In this document: positions 32,596 to 42,898 of the stretch, in pieces
Numbering within the stretch: the first letter of the stretch is position 1
Layout: each line of letters starts with the position of its first letter
Assembly: GCA_039804105.1 (NCBI GenBank)
Contig: JBDRZU010000002.1
Span: 128,001-192,000 of the forward strand
Reading direction: 5' to 3'
Origin: a candidate division WOR-3 bacterium
GTDB taxonomy: Bacteria > Hydrothermota > 32-111
DNA: 64,000 nucleotides
Notes under the pieces: generated by a model
Told to the model about the DNA's origin: nothing
What the model saw: the letters and a program-made list of their open reading frames with translations, nothing else
The model's database searches: none
Translations under genes and position numbers: made by a program

Positions 32596-34779
32596 TCAAA
32601 CTCCCATAAATTCGTTAAAATCTAAAATTTTGGGTTGAACAAAAAATTCAGAAACAACCCTTTTACCATATCTTTTTGTTAAAATTCTTTCATCTAAAAT
32701 GTAAATTTCTCCACTATCTTCCTTACTTCTTATCAACCTACCCATTCCCTGTTTCAACTTCAAAATAGCGTAAGGCAAAGAATAATCAAAAAACGGATCA
32801 AGACCTCTATTTTTCAAATTTTCACTTTTTTTTATAAAAACAGGATCATCCGGAACAAGAAATGGAAGTTTTACTATAACAAGTATTTCAAGAAGATCAC
32901 CTGGAAGATCAACTCCTTCCCAGAAGGTATTCGTTCCAACAAGTATTGAGTTCTTCTTACTTTTGTATTCAAGAAGTACCTTTTCATTGTTTCCTTCTTT
33001 AATCTGAAAGATAAATTTCGGGTCTTTTAAATTTTCTTTCAAATAATCGATCTGTTGATAAGATGTTGTCAGAACAAGTGTCCTTTTTCTTTTCTCTTCC
33101 AGTTTTTTTATAACAGTTACAACATTCTCCATAAACTGTTCAGAATTTGGATCTCCAATGTTTTTAAAGCAAAAAATTTCCATCTGTTTTTCATAATCAA
33201 AAGATGAGACAAAAACTTCCTCTTTATACTTTCTTTTGGATAGTCCAACACCCACTCTCTCTTTAAAAAATTCAAAATCGTTGGATGTTTTAAGTGTTGC
33301 TGATGTAAAAACTATCGAAGTTTTATCTTTTTTTCTTAAAAAGTTCGAAAACTGTTCTCCAGTATTGACAAGCATCGCATAAAGCACAAGATTTTTTGTA
33401 TTTGTGTTCAGTTCATAAAAAAATGCATAATCTGAGTTGTTCGCTTCAGTTATAACTATAAAAGATTCATAGATTTTTTTAGATTCTTCAACTAAATATT
33501 TTATATTCTGTTTGATTTCAAGATTTTTGAATTTAGAGTCTTTTAAAATCTTTGTTGTTCTTTCTCCATTTTCCTTAATCGAATAAAGTAACTGTTTAGT
33601 TTTAAGAACATACATTTTAATATTCTCAAAAATTTTTGAATCGTATATATCTTTTTCTTTTTCTTTTTCTTCCATAAGAACTTTTTCTAAAATATTTTCA
33701 TACATTATCTCAAAATTTTCATAGAGTGTGTTCAAATAGGAAAGTATCTCCGTAAAAAAATTGTAGCAGTCAAAAGATAAAGATGACTCCTCTATCGTTT
33801 TTAAATGGTCTTTTATTTTTTTCATAAAATACTTCAGAATTTTGAAAATTTCAAAGAAATCTAAAGAATAAGAATAAACATCGGAAATAACATTTTCAAG
33901 ATTGTGTGCTTCATCAAAAATTATCATATCAAAATCCCCAAGAATGCTCTTAGGCAAAGTTTCATCTATTAAGCATAGATAATGGTTCGTTATAACTATT
34001 TGACTTGATAAAACTTTTTCCTTTAATTTAAGATAGAAACAAATATTTGAAAATGGACATTCAAGATCCTGACAGTATCCACTATCACATGTTATATCTT
34101 CATATGTTATACCTTTTATGAATTTTAATGTACTCACATCCCCTGTGTTAGATATCTGAATGAATCCTTCAGTTGCCAATTTCATCAAAGGATGAAAGTT
34201 TTCCATATTTTCATAATATTTTGAAAAGCAGAAATAATTAGATATACCTTTAATGTTTATTGTTGAAAAACTCTTTTTAGCATTATAGGATGCAAGTTTA
34301 ATATCCTTTACAAAAATCTGTTCCTGTAAACTTTTTGTGTTCGTTGATATCAGAAACCTTTTTTGATCAAGATTTTCCATCATTGGTAAAAGGTAAGCCA
34401 GAGTTTTTCCGATTCCAGGTGGAGCTTCAGCTACGAGTATTGTTTTTTCTTTTAAAACATTTTCAACATTCTCTCTGAAAAGTTTTTGTCCATCCCGTTC
34501 TTCAAGTTCTGGTTTTTTCTTTGAAGGATGAACAACCTTAAATGATTCCTCTTTTAATCTGAATTTTTTTTCTTCAACATTCTCTTCTTTTAAAAGTAAA
34601 AGTAACTCTAAAAACGGCCCTGAATTGTAAGAAAGTATGAATGAGTTTATCAAAGAATTACTGTATGAAAAAACTCTCTCTCTAAATTCTTTGAAACTAA
34701 AATTCCCTACTTTATCAAAAAGTATAGAATTTTTTTCCTCATCGGAAATCAGTGAAAAAAGTTTTTCTATTCTATCCAA
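32596..34779 (-). CDS. dinG: DinG/YoaA-family ATP-dependent helicase
   Basis: EAPPGIGKTLAYL, Fe-S cysteines, FDEAHNL, TSATL, FWEGVD.PG, KQGMGRLIR. Confidence 0.9.
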   Translation of the reverse strand: MDRIEKLFSLISDEEKNSILFDKVGNFSFKEFRERVFSYSNSLINSFILSYNSGPFLELLLLLKEENVEEKKFRLKEESFKVVHPSKKKPELEERDGQKLFRENVENVLKEKTILVAEAPPGIGKTLAYLLPMMENLDQKRFLISTNTKSLQEQIFVKDIKLASYNAKKSFSTINIKGISNYFCFSKYYENMENFHPLMKLATEGFIQISNTGDVSTLKFIKGITYEDITCDSGYCQDLECPFSNICFYLKLKEKVLSSQIVITNHYLCLIDETLPKSILGDFDMIIFDEAHNLENVISDVYSYSLDFFEIFKILKYFMKKIKDHLKTIEESSLSFDCYNFFTEILSYLNTLYENFEIMYENILEKVLMEEKEKEKDIYDSKIFENIKMYVLKTKQLLYSIKENGERTTKILKDSKFKNLEIKQNIKYLVEESKKIYESFIVITEANNSDYAFFYELNTNTKNLVLYAMLVNTGEQFSNFLRKKDKTSIVFTSATLKTSNDFEFFKERVGVGLSKRKYKEEVFVSSFDYEKQMEIFCFKNIGDPNSEQFMENVVTVIKKLEEKRKRTLVLTTSYQQIDYLKENLKDPKFIFQIKEGNNEKVLLEYKSKKNSILVGTNTFWEGVDLPGDLLEILVIVKLPFLVPDDPVFIKKSENLKNRGLDPFFDYSLPYAILKLKQGMGRLIRSKEDSGEIYILDERILTKRYGKRVVSEFFVQPKILDFNEFMGV

Positions 34780-36457
34780 CTGTTGCTTGTATCACCTCTT
34801 CAAGAGTGGTTATTCCGGCTTTCACTTTTATCAAACCATCCTCTCTTAACATTATAACACCCTCTTTTCTTGCCTGCATCCTGATCTGATCAACAGGAGC
34901 CTCTTTTACTATCATTTCTGAAATCGTTGGAGTGATTGGAAGAACTTCAAAAATTCCAACTCTTCCTTTATATCCCGTAAATCCACAGATCGGGCATCCC
35001 TTGCCCATCATAAACTTTCCACCTCTCATATACTCGGGATTTATACCATATCTAATAAACTCTTCATCAGGTATATCTATCTGAACAGCACAATTCTTAC
35101 ATACTCTTCTGATCAACCTTTGTGCCTCTATAAGAACTACAGCAGAAGCAACTTTATAAGGTTCTATTCCCATATCCTCCATTCTTGCGATAGTTGCAAC
35201 AGTATCGTTTGTATGTAATGTTGAAAGAACAAGATGTCCTGTTAAAGCTGCCTTTATTGCAATATCTCCAGTCTCAAGATCTCTTATCTCTCCAACCATT
35301 ATTATATCTGGATCCTGTCTTAAAAATGCTTTTAGTGCCGTTGCAAAAGTGTATCCAATATTTTCTCTTACATTAACCTGATTTATTCCCACAAAATCAT
35401 ACTCTATGGGATCCTCAGCTGTTGTTATATTCACATTTGGAGTATTCAACCTTGCAAGGATCGAATAAAGTGTTACAGTTTTTCCTGAACCTGTTGGTCC
35501 TGTTACAAGTATTATTCCGTTTGGTCTTGATATTGCCTCAATAAAATCGTTATACGCTTTTTTAGAAAGTCCAATATCTTCAAGTTTCATCAAAGATGAT
35601 TTTTCAGCAATTCTCATACAAATCTTTTCTCCATGTGCAGTTGGAAGTGTTGATACTCTTAGATCTATCGATTTATCTCCAACCTTCATTCCAATTCTTC
35701 CATCCTGAGGAATCCTTCTTTCGGAAATGTTAAGCCCAGCCATTATTTTTAACCTTGAAACAATTGCAGGTCCAAGGGTATATTGAGGACTCATAACCTC
35801 TTTCAATTCACCATCAACTCTGTAACGAACCCTTAATATCTTATCAAAAGGTTCAATATGTATATCTGAAGCACCCTGTTTCACAGCTTCAATAATGATT
35901 CCATTAACAAGTTTTACAACTGGAGCAGCATCAACATCAATCAAAAGTTGTTGCGCATCAGGTTGTTTTTCCTCTTCAAGAATCTCTATCTCCTCTTCCA
36001 TTCCGATTTCCGAAAGAACTTCAGCCATCGAGCCTGCAACTCCATAATATTTTTCAATCGCTTTTGATATCATATTTTCACTTGCTACAAGTGGGATAAC
36101 ATTGTATCCAGTTGCAAATTTTATATCCTCTATAGTATAAACATCAACAGGATTAGCCATCGCAAGAAAAAGATTTTTACCTTCCCTTTTTACTGGAATC
36201 ACTTGAAACTTTTGTGCTATCTGCGGAGAAACTATTTTTAAAACTATAGGATCTATCTCCTCTTTGAACTCAAACACACCAACATTGTATTGTTTCCCCA
36301 ATGCTTTTGAAATCTGTTCATCTGTAACAAAACCCATCTGGACAAGAATACTCCCCAATCTTCCGCCATTCTCTTTCTGTTGGGAAAGCGCTTGATTCAA
36401 CTGTTCTTTTGTAATCAGCCCTTCATCTATAAGAAGATCTCCTAACCTTTTCCACAT
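34772..36457 (-). CDS. pilB: Type IV pilus assembly ATPase PilB (GspE family) with an N-terminal MshEN domain
   Basis: Tandem RLG..L...G motifs, ASDIHIEP, GPTGSGKT, RQDPDIIMVGEIRD, Zn cysteines. Confidence 0.9.
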   Translation of the reverse strand: MWKRLGDLLIDEGLITKEQLNQALSQQKENGGRLGSILVQMGFVTDEQISKALGKQYNVGVFEFKEEIDPIVLKIVSPQIAQKFQVIPVKREGKNLFLAMANPVDVYTIEDIKFATGYNVIPLVASENMISKAIEKYYGVAGSMAEVLSEIGMEEEIEILEEEKQPDAQQLLIDVDAAPVVKLVNGIIIEAVKQGASDIHIEPFDKILRVRYRVDGELKEVMSPQYTLGPAIVSRLKIMAGLNISERRIPQDGRIGMKVGDKSIDLRVSTLPTAHGEKICMRIAEKSSLMKLEDIGLSKKAYNDFIEAISRPNGIILVTGPTGSGKTVTLYSILARLNTPNVNITTAEDPIEYDFVGINQVNVRENIGYTFATALKAFLRQDPDIIMVGEIRDLETGDIAIKAALTGHLVLSTLHTNDTVATIARMEDMGIEPYKVASAVVLIEAQRLIRRVCKNCAVQIDIPDEEFIRYGINPEYMRGGKFMMGKGCPICGFTGYKGRVGIFEVLPITPTISEMIVKEAPVDQIRMQARKEGVIMLREDGLIKVKAGITTLEEVIQATVG

Positions 36458-36481
36458 AGAATTTCCCCCTTTAAAAGATAT

Positions 36482-36509
36482 ATTTTACAAAAAAAAATAA
36501 GAAGGTCAA
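36482..36509 (-). promoter_or_regulatory. Putative pilB promoter
   Basis: TTGACC-16-TAAAAT; SD AAGGGGG. Confidence 0.55.
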
Positions 36510-36518
36510 CAAAAAGTT

Positions 36519-37079
36519 TCAATCTTTTGAAAATTTACCAACAAGTTCACCATAAGAAATGATGTGATTTGTAACAATTTTTAGTATTTTTGTCTCCGTT
36601 AAAGTCGAATCCTGTGGAAGGAATGTATCAAGTGCAAAAACTTTAAAAAAATATCTGTGAGTTCCAAAAGGAGGATGGGGGCCAAAGTATGAATATTGGT
36701 TCAAAGAGTTTAACCCCTGTAAAATACCGTTTCCAAGTCGGAACGAATTTTTCGAAAATCCTTCAGGAATAAAAGAATCGGATGGTAAAATATTAAAAAC
36801 TATCCAGTGTATAAATTTCCCTGCTGGTGCATCGGGATCTTCCATAATTAAAAGTAAAGATTTCGTTTTTTCAGGAATATTTCTGATTTCTATCTTTGGA
36901 GAAATGTTTTCTCCTTTATATGAAAACTTTTTGGGTATAAAAGAATAGTTTTCAAAACTTGAAATGATCTTTAAACTATCTGCTCCACTTTCTTTTACCT
37001 TGAGTTCAGTTTTCGATTCACAACTGATTATTGATAGAAAAAATATAAATAAAAAAGAAAAAAAGAATTTTTTATACAT
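36519..37079 (-). CDS. YbhB/YbcL (PEBP/RKIP-like) family lipoprotein
   Basis: Lipobox IISC, NISP, DPDAP..F.HW, GP.PP..HRYFF. Confidence 0.9.
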   Translation of the reverse strand: MYKKFFFSFLFIFFLSIISCESKTELKVKESGADSLKIISSFENYSFIPKKFSYKGENISPKIEIRNIPEKTKSLLLIMEDPDAPAGKFIHWIVFNILPSDSFIPEGFSKNSFRLGNGILQGLNSLNQYSYFGPHPPFGTHRYFFKVFALDTFLPQDSTLTETKILKIVTNHIISYGELVGKFSKD

Positions 37080-37086
37080 ATTTTAG

Positions 37087-37114
37087 ATTTTAGAACTTTT
37101 TAAAAATTTTTCAA
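37087..37114 (-). promoter_or_regulatory. Putative promoter, leaderless (7 nt to ATG)
   Basis: TTGAAA-16-TAAAAT. Confidence 0.45.
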
Positions 37115-37124
37115 CTCTTATTTA

Positions 37125-37152
37125 TTGACTGTAAATATTTTGACTATATAAT
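37125..37152 (+). promoter_or_regulatory. Putative promoter of the polysaccharide operon
   Basis: TTGACT-16-TATAAT; SD AAGGAG. Confidence 0.65.
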
Positions 37153-37176
37153 AATTTTTTTATATAAGGAGAATCT

Positions 37177-38061
37177 ATGAGGAGAATGGTGTTGCTTTCT
37201 TTTATATTTATCTCAACGATTATGCTCTTTCCTTCTGTACCTTCGACAGAAAATTATCTTTTTGGTATCGGTGATTCTGTTGAAGTTTATGTTGTTGACA
37301 AAAAAGGAGTAAACTCTTTTACATTTACATCGACAACACTTGACGATGGATCTTTCATTCTTATGGTTCCATCAACGACAAAAAGCGGACTTTTCGATTT
37401 AAAAACACAAACTTATTTTACAAACTGGAAAGTGGTAAGTTATAAAAATTTAACAAGAAGAGAGTTTGAGGACTCAATATTTAGAACCTACAAAAGAGAA
37501 TTCCTTGTTGATACAGTTATATTGAATGTTAAATATTATGGTTCCCATACTTATATCAACATATCGACAACACTTGACTCCACAAGATTTGTCAATTTTG
37601 AATGGGGCAAAAATTTTCTATATTATATTTCTCATGTTCAAACACATTTTTTAACAACTCTCGATTCAAATTTAACGATCTATACTATAAGAAAAGGTAA
37701 AAATAATCTTGAAAAGGTTTCCCCATTTGATACCGTATATCCAGGTGATAGGATCTATTTAAAACCACAAACAGTGTCTGTTGTTGGGCAGGTTGTAAAG
37801 GGTGGTTTATATCAATACTCTCCTGACTTTTCAATTAATGACTATATATCACTTGCAGGAGGACCATCTATAGAGGGTGATCTAAAAAATGTCAAACATT
37901 TTGATAAAAATGGAAAAAAGAAAAATGGGAAAGTTGAACCTGAGGATATGATTGTAGTTGGTAAATCTTTGGCGACAAAGATAAAAGATATGACATATTT
38001 TGTTTCTGTCATAATGAATTCAATAATGATCTATGTTTATATCTCGAACATTCTTAAGTGA
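37177..38061 (+). CDS. Wza-like / SLBB-domain polysaccharide export protein
   Basis: Signal peptide, Y..G.GD, PGDRIY, V.VVGQV..GGLY, YI.LAGG, C-terminal amphipathic helix. Confidence 0.7.
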   Translation: MRRMVLLSFIFISTIMLFPSVPSTENYLFGIGDSVEVYVVDKKGVNSFTFTSTTLDDGSFILMVPSTTKSGLFDLKTQTYFTNWKVVSYKNLTRREFEDSIFRTYKREFLVDTVILNVKYYGSHTYINISTTLDSTRFVNFEWGKNFLYYISHVQTHFLTTLDSNLTIYTIRKGKNNLEKVSPFDTVYPGDRIYLKPQTVSVVGQVVKGGLYQYSPDFSINDYISLAGGPSIEGDLKNVKHFDKNGKKKNGKVEPEDMIVVGKSLATKIKDMTYFVSVIMNSIMIYVYISNILK

Positions 38062-38071
38062 TGGAGGAGTA

Positions 38072-39220
38072 ATGAAGGATACGATCAAATTCATTATATA
38101 TATCATTAACCACAGAAAATTTATACTTATTTCTCTTTCTATAACGATCATTCTTTCTTCTATAATAGCATTTCTTATTCCACAACAGTTCACATCATCA
38201 GTTTCTTTAACACCACCAACTGGTAGTAGTCAATCGTTACTTTCTTCCTTAACATCAATATCTAAGATGGCTGGAAGTTTTTTTGATATCGGAGGATTCT
38301 CAGCGCAAACTGTTGACCTTTACATAGATATATTAAGAAGTAATTCGGTTGTTGACTCTCTTATTTTAAAATATGATCTCCAAAAAAGATATCATTTAAA
38401 AACTATTGAACATACAAGATTAAAAATAAAAAGGATCACAAAATTTGATATCGGTGCTTCGGAGATGCTTACTATCTCTTTCACAGACAGAGATCCCCAA
38501 TTTGCTAAAGATATATGTAACGATTATATATACTACTTAAAAAAACAGATCAATTTAATTAACATTCAAAAACAGCAGGAAAATTTAAAACTTTATGAGG
38601 ATCTTTATAAAAAACAGATTCTAATTGTAGAAGAACTTTCGGATAGATTGAATGAATGGCTTAAAAGGAACAGATCTCTTGGAGTCGAATTTTCAGTCCA
38701 ACAGAAAACCCCATCTATGGTTTCCCTATACGATGAACTGATAAAAGAAAAATCTGAATTTTACAAGATGAAATATTCTCTACCAGATACATCTATGGCA
38801 TTAAAAAACAAGATGTTAAAAATCAAAGAACTTGAAAAATCTGTTGATTCGATATCATATTCCCTATACGAAAAACCGGAAGAGGTTGTAAAATATACTG
38901 AGTTGAAGATAGATATGGAAGTCGCATTGAGAATAAAAAATGAACTTTTAGGACAACTAAATCTTATAAAAAGCAATCTTGAAAAACCAACAGACAATGT
39001 TTTTTTTGTGGATACGGCAACCGTTCCAACGTTGAAAAGTTTCCCTCCAAGAAAGGAGATAGTTATTATATCTTTTCTTCTTATTTTTGTGCTCGAAATA
39101 TTAGTTTTGGGAATAAAATATTATCTTGAGAACAATCTCGAAGATAACGAAAGAAAAGAGTTTTATAAATACTTAAAACTGGTTTTTTATGATCCATTCC
39201 AGAAAAGAAAAGATATTTGA
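38072..39220 (+). CDS. Wzz/GumC-type chain-length determinant (polysaccharide co-polymerase)
   Basis: Two TM helices flanking a coiled coil, ILRS.SV, D.A..P..KS.P.R; ATG 38072 after GGAGG. Confidence 0.8.
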   Translation: MKDTIKFIIYIINHRKFILISLSITIILSSIIAFLIPQQFTSSVSLTPPTGSSQSLLSSLTSISKMAGSFFDIGGFSAQTVDLYIDILRSNSVVDSLILKYDLQKRYHLKTIEHTRLKIKRITKFDIGASEMLTISFTDRDPQFAKDICNDYIYYLKKQINLINIQKQQENLKLYEDLYKKQILIVEELSDRLNEWLKRNRSLGVEFSVQQKTPSMVSLYDELIKEKSEFYKMKYSLPDTSMALKNKMLKIKELEKSVDSISYSLYEKPEEVVKYTELKIDMEVALRIKNELLGQLNLIKSNLEKPTDNVFFVDTATVPTLKSFPPRKEIVIISFLLIFVLEILVLGIKYYLENNLEDNERKEFYKYLKLVFYDPFQKRKDI

Positions 39221-40667
39221 AAATCTCTTTTTGCTTTTACTTATCTCATTTTTTATTATATGTATAATCCTTTTTCTCATTTTTGGTTATAATATATTTG
39301 GAAGTAAAAGAGGATTACTCTTTTCAGCATCTTTTATAGTAATTCTGCTTGCAACCATGTTATCTTTACTTTTATCGTTAAAAGATTTTTCAATACTCTA
39401 CATATTAACTTTACCATTCTTTTTGAGGTTAAATGTAACAAGATTTTATTTTGAACTTTTTCAATTAAAATTCCATTTGATAACAGTATCCATAATCTTT
39501 TTTATAACCGTCGGAACACTTAAAATTTTTATCGAAGGAAAATTTCCGAAAACAAGTGATATCAAGGATTTTTTATTGAACTATTCTTTTGTTCTTATGA
39601 TCACAAGTGGTATAGTGTCTTCTTTAATAACTGAGACAGCTGTTGGAGGAGATAAATTTGTTTCATTTTTTTCTACGATCTTCGCATTTTTAATTCCATT
39701 TTTTATCTTTTTTATCTTTTCAAACGCATTCAACACTATTAACGATATAAAAACTGTTCTTCTATTTTTCATATTCTCATTCTTTCTTAACACTATTTCC
39801 GGTTTTTTAAACATCGTAACAAAATTTGATTTAGTGGAACTATTCCTTAACAGAGCATCATTCAATTTTATAGGTCCAAATGTTTATGCAGCCACCGCCT
39901 TAATTTTTGTTCCAGTAACCTTTTATTTTCTTAGTGAAGGAAAAGGAATCAAAAAATTTTTATTTTTCATATTCTTCATATTCATTAATCTCTCAATACT
40001 GATGACTATCAGCAGAGGTGGTCTTCTATCTTTAGTTTTAATTTATTTTTTATTCTTTTTCATGGTAAAAGATTTCAGAAAAAACGTTGCAATACTTTTT
40101 TATATATCTTCTGGGATTGGTGCCTTGACTTTTGGACTTCTATTCAATGTGATTTCAAGGTTTTTCAATATCTTTACAAGAGCAAAAGTCACTGAATTCA
40201 GTACCCTCATAAGAGTCAACGCATGGCAACTCTCTTTACATCAGATACCCCATCATCCTTTTGGTATAGGTGGCAACCAGTTTCCAAAACTCTGGAGAAA
40301 CCTGGGGGCTTTTCCTGAACAGTTGGTTTTGCATTCCCATAACCTGATTTTGGGTTTAACTCTCGAGTATGGAATAATAGCAACAGTTGGATTCGTGTTT
40401 TTAAACGGTTATCTGTTATACAATCTTTATAAAATCTCAAAAAAGTTTTCTGGAACAATAAAAAATATCTCGATCTCATTTTTTATATCAATCCTTTCCT
40501 TCTTTTTTATGGGAACAATTTCTGAAGGACCAAGAGCACATTTGAACAATGAAAGATTTTTGACAAACGATCCTTTGATAATCTACTATATGTTTCTTGG
40601 AATAGTTTATTCTTTTTTAAAAGTGGTTTCAAATGAAAAAAAAGATACTATTGATAGCACCTCCTGA
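39189..40667 (+). CDS. O-antigen ligase / Wzy polymerase family membrane protein
   Basis: Multi-TM, PN, T.SRGG, R..AW, P.GIG, HSHN. Confidence 0.85.
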   Translation: MIHSRKEKIFENLFLLLLISFFIICIILFLIFGYNIFGSKRGLLFSASFIVILLATMLSLLLSLKDFSILYILTLPFFLRLNVTRFYFELFQLKFHLITVSIIFFITVGTLKIFIEGKFPKTSDIKDFLLNYSFVLMITSGIVSSLITETAVGGDKFVSFFSTIFAFLIPFFIFFIFSNAFNTINDIKTVLLFFIFSFFLNTISGFLNIVTKFDLVELFLNRASFNFIGPNVYAATALIFVPVTFYFLSEGKGIKKFLFFIFFIFINLSILMTISRGGLLSLVLIYFLFFFMVKDFRKNVAILFYISSGIGALTFGLLFNVISRFFNIFTRAKVTEFSTLIRVNAWQLSLHQIPHHPFGIGGNQFPKLWRNLGAFPEQLVLHSHNLILGLTLEYGIIATVGFVFLNGYLLYNLYKISKKFSGTIKNISISFFISILSFFFMGTISEGPRAHLNNERFLTNDPLIIYYMFLGIVYSFLKVVSNEKKDTIDSTS

Positions 40668-41709
40668 ATCTGCACATACTTTGGAATGGATAAATTTTTT
40701 AAAAAAACAAGATATATTTAAAATATTCTATATTTCACTCAAAAAAGATTTTAAACCAATAGAGAACAGTTTTGTTATAAATTTTAATTTTCCTTTCTAT
40801 AAACTCAATCTTTTGAAAAGTTATATTAAAGTTCAAAAAATTATAAGAACAGTAAAACCGGATCTTGTTCATGCTCACTATCTTTTTCCCTATGGAATAC
40901 TAACACTCAACGATCAAAAAAAAACTATAATCTCCTTCTGGGGAAGTGATATAACAAACGACTACAAAAATGCTAATTTCTTTTTCAAATATCTTGCTGA
41001 TCTATCCATAAAACAGGCAGATTACATTACCTTTGCCGGAAATCATTTAAAAAAATTTTTTAATTATCAAATCAATGAATCAGACCAATTGATCTGGGGT
41101 GTTGATAAAAATTTTATTGACAGTATAACCCCTTTTGAAAGAGAAAAAATAGGTTTTTCGAAAGATGATTTTATCATCTTAAACTTGCGCTTTATAAGGG
41201 AAATCTTTCAAATTGAGAGAGTTATAAAAACCTTAGAAGAACTGAACAAAAATTATGATAACATTAAACTTATTCTGATAAAAGGAGATGATTCTTCTTA
41301 CTATAGAATGATAAAGGAAAAATGTAAGAACTTAACTTTTATAAAAATCTTAGAAAATCTTTCAAAAGAAAATTTCATATCTCTGATCAAGGGTTGTGAT
41401 TTAACACTTTCACTCTCTTTAAGAGACGGTAGTCCAGTATCTGTTAAAGAAGCGATGATGTGCGAAAAGATCGTTTTATATCAGGATATAGAACCAATGA
41501 AGGAATTCTTTGGACAAAAAGATTTTTTTACTTCTCTGAAAACATTGGACATAAAAGAATTGTACGAAAAGATTTTGTTTTATTATAAAAATAAAGATAT
41601 TTTAAATGAAACAGGGAAAAATATGAAAAAGTTTGCAGAAGAAAACTTTGAAAGTGAAAAATGCTTTAAAAATGGTTTAGAAATTTACAACAAACTTCTT
41701 GGAGAGTGA
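40633..41709 (+). CDS. Glycosyltransferase family 4
   Basis: PDLVHAHY, WGSDI, DGSPVSVKEAM. Confidence 0.85.
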   Translation: MKKKILLIAPPESAHTLEWINFLKKQDIFKIFYISLKKDFKPIENSFVINFNFPFYKLNLLKSYIKVQKIIRTVKPDLVHAHYLFPYGILTLNDQKKTIISFWGSDITNDYKNANFFFKYLADLSIKQADYITFAGNHLKKFFNYQINESDQLIWGVDKNFIDSITPFEREKIGFSKDDFIILNLRFIREIFQIERVIKTLEELNKNYDNIKLILIKGDDSSYYRMIKEKCKNLTFIKILENLSKENFISLIKGCDLTLSLSLRDGSPVSVKEAMMCEKIVLYQDIEPMKEFFGQKDFFTSLKTLDIKELYEKILFYYKNKDILNETGKNMKKFAEENFESEKCFKNGLEIYNKLLGE

Positions 41710-42898
41710 TTTGAACAGAATTTTACATCTTTCAACAATACCAGTATGGGTCATGGGGAAAAGGTCAGGAATGCCTTCAGTAATGAAAACATTAAAATAT
41801 TATGATGAAAAAGGGTTTTATCAACTCTATATATACCCATCAAATAAAAATTCTATAGAAACTTTGTTTAAAAATTGTAGAATAGTATCATTAAAAGTCC
41901 CTGAAATATTTTTAAACCAAAAACATTTAAAATCATACCACCTTTTTAACAAATTAAGATTTATATATTTTTCAACCATTTACCCCATTAAATTAAAAAA
42001 TCTAATAAAAAATTTTAATCCCGACTTTGTTTATGCACATCTACAGTATATGCCTTTGACTTCTTACATACTATTTCGAAGAAGCAAACCGATCTTTGTA
42101 AGGTACTATGGCCTCGTTGATGCTTACAAATATGTTTTAAATAACAGGTTTTACAAATTTGAAGAAAATCTTCTATCTTTCAGATTGAACCTTACAGGAT
42201 ACATTCTTGTGAACGATGGAACAGGCGGTGATGATGTTGCTATAAAACGTGGGGTTGATAGGGAAAAAATTTTATACCTTATTAATGGAATCGATAACTT
42301 TCCCTCACTGACAGAAGAAGAAAGATCTGAGTTGAAAAAAAATCTCAAAATAAATGAAAAACCTGTTTTTCTTTTTCTTAACAGATTATCAAAACTCAAG
42401 GGTATTGATCTTTTTTTGAATTTTTTAGAAAATTTTTATGAAAGAACAAGCGTAACCTTTTTAATAATAGGAGATGGAGATGAAAGAGATAAAATGTTAA
42501 AATTTTTGGATTCAAAAAAAGTTGATTACAGATATATAAGAAGTATAGAACAAAATGAAACTTATAAATATTTTCAAATATCTGATCTGTTTTTATCTTT
42601 CAATATTCTTTCCTCTCTCAACAATCCTGTTCTTGAAAGTATTAAAAATGAAACTCCTGTTTTAAGTTTAAAAAGAGGTTTTAAAACTGAATTCATGAAT
42701 GATTTTATTTTTTCCTTTGATACTGTTAAAGAAATGTCAGAATTCGCAGCACTTTTTCTTTCTATTAGAAAAGATCAAAATGAGATGAATAAGATAAAGG
42801 AAAAACTGAAAAATTTTGAAAAACATTATATTTGGTCGTGGGAAGAAAGGATGAACACTGAATTTGTTTTTGTTAAAGAAAGGTTGAAAAATGTTTAA
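41699..42898 (+). CDS. Glycosyltransferase family 4
   Basis: PDFVYAH, NGID, RL...KG, IIGDG, NPVLES. Confidence 0.75.
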   Translation: MESDLNRILHLSTIPVWVMGKRSGMPSVMKTLKYYDEKGFYQLYIYPSNKNSIETLFKNCRIVSLKVPEIFLNQKHLKSYHLFNKLRFIYFSTIYPIKLKNLIKNFNPDFVYAHLQYMPLTSYILFRRSKPIFVRYYGLVDAYKYVLNNRFYKFEENLLSFRLNLTGYILVNDGTGGDDVAIKRGVDREKILYLINGIDNFPSLTEEERSELKKNLKINEKPVFLFLNRLSKLKGIDLFLNFLENFYERTSVTFLIIGDGDERDKMLKFLDSKKVDYRYIRSIEQNETYKYFQISDLFLSFNILSSLNNPVLESIKNETPVLSLKRGFKTEFMNDFIFSFDTVKEMSEFAALFLSIRKDQNEMNKIKEKLKNFEKHYIWSWEERMNTEFVFVKERLKNV

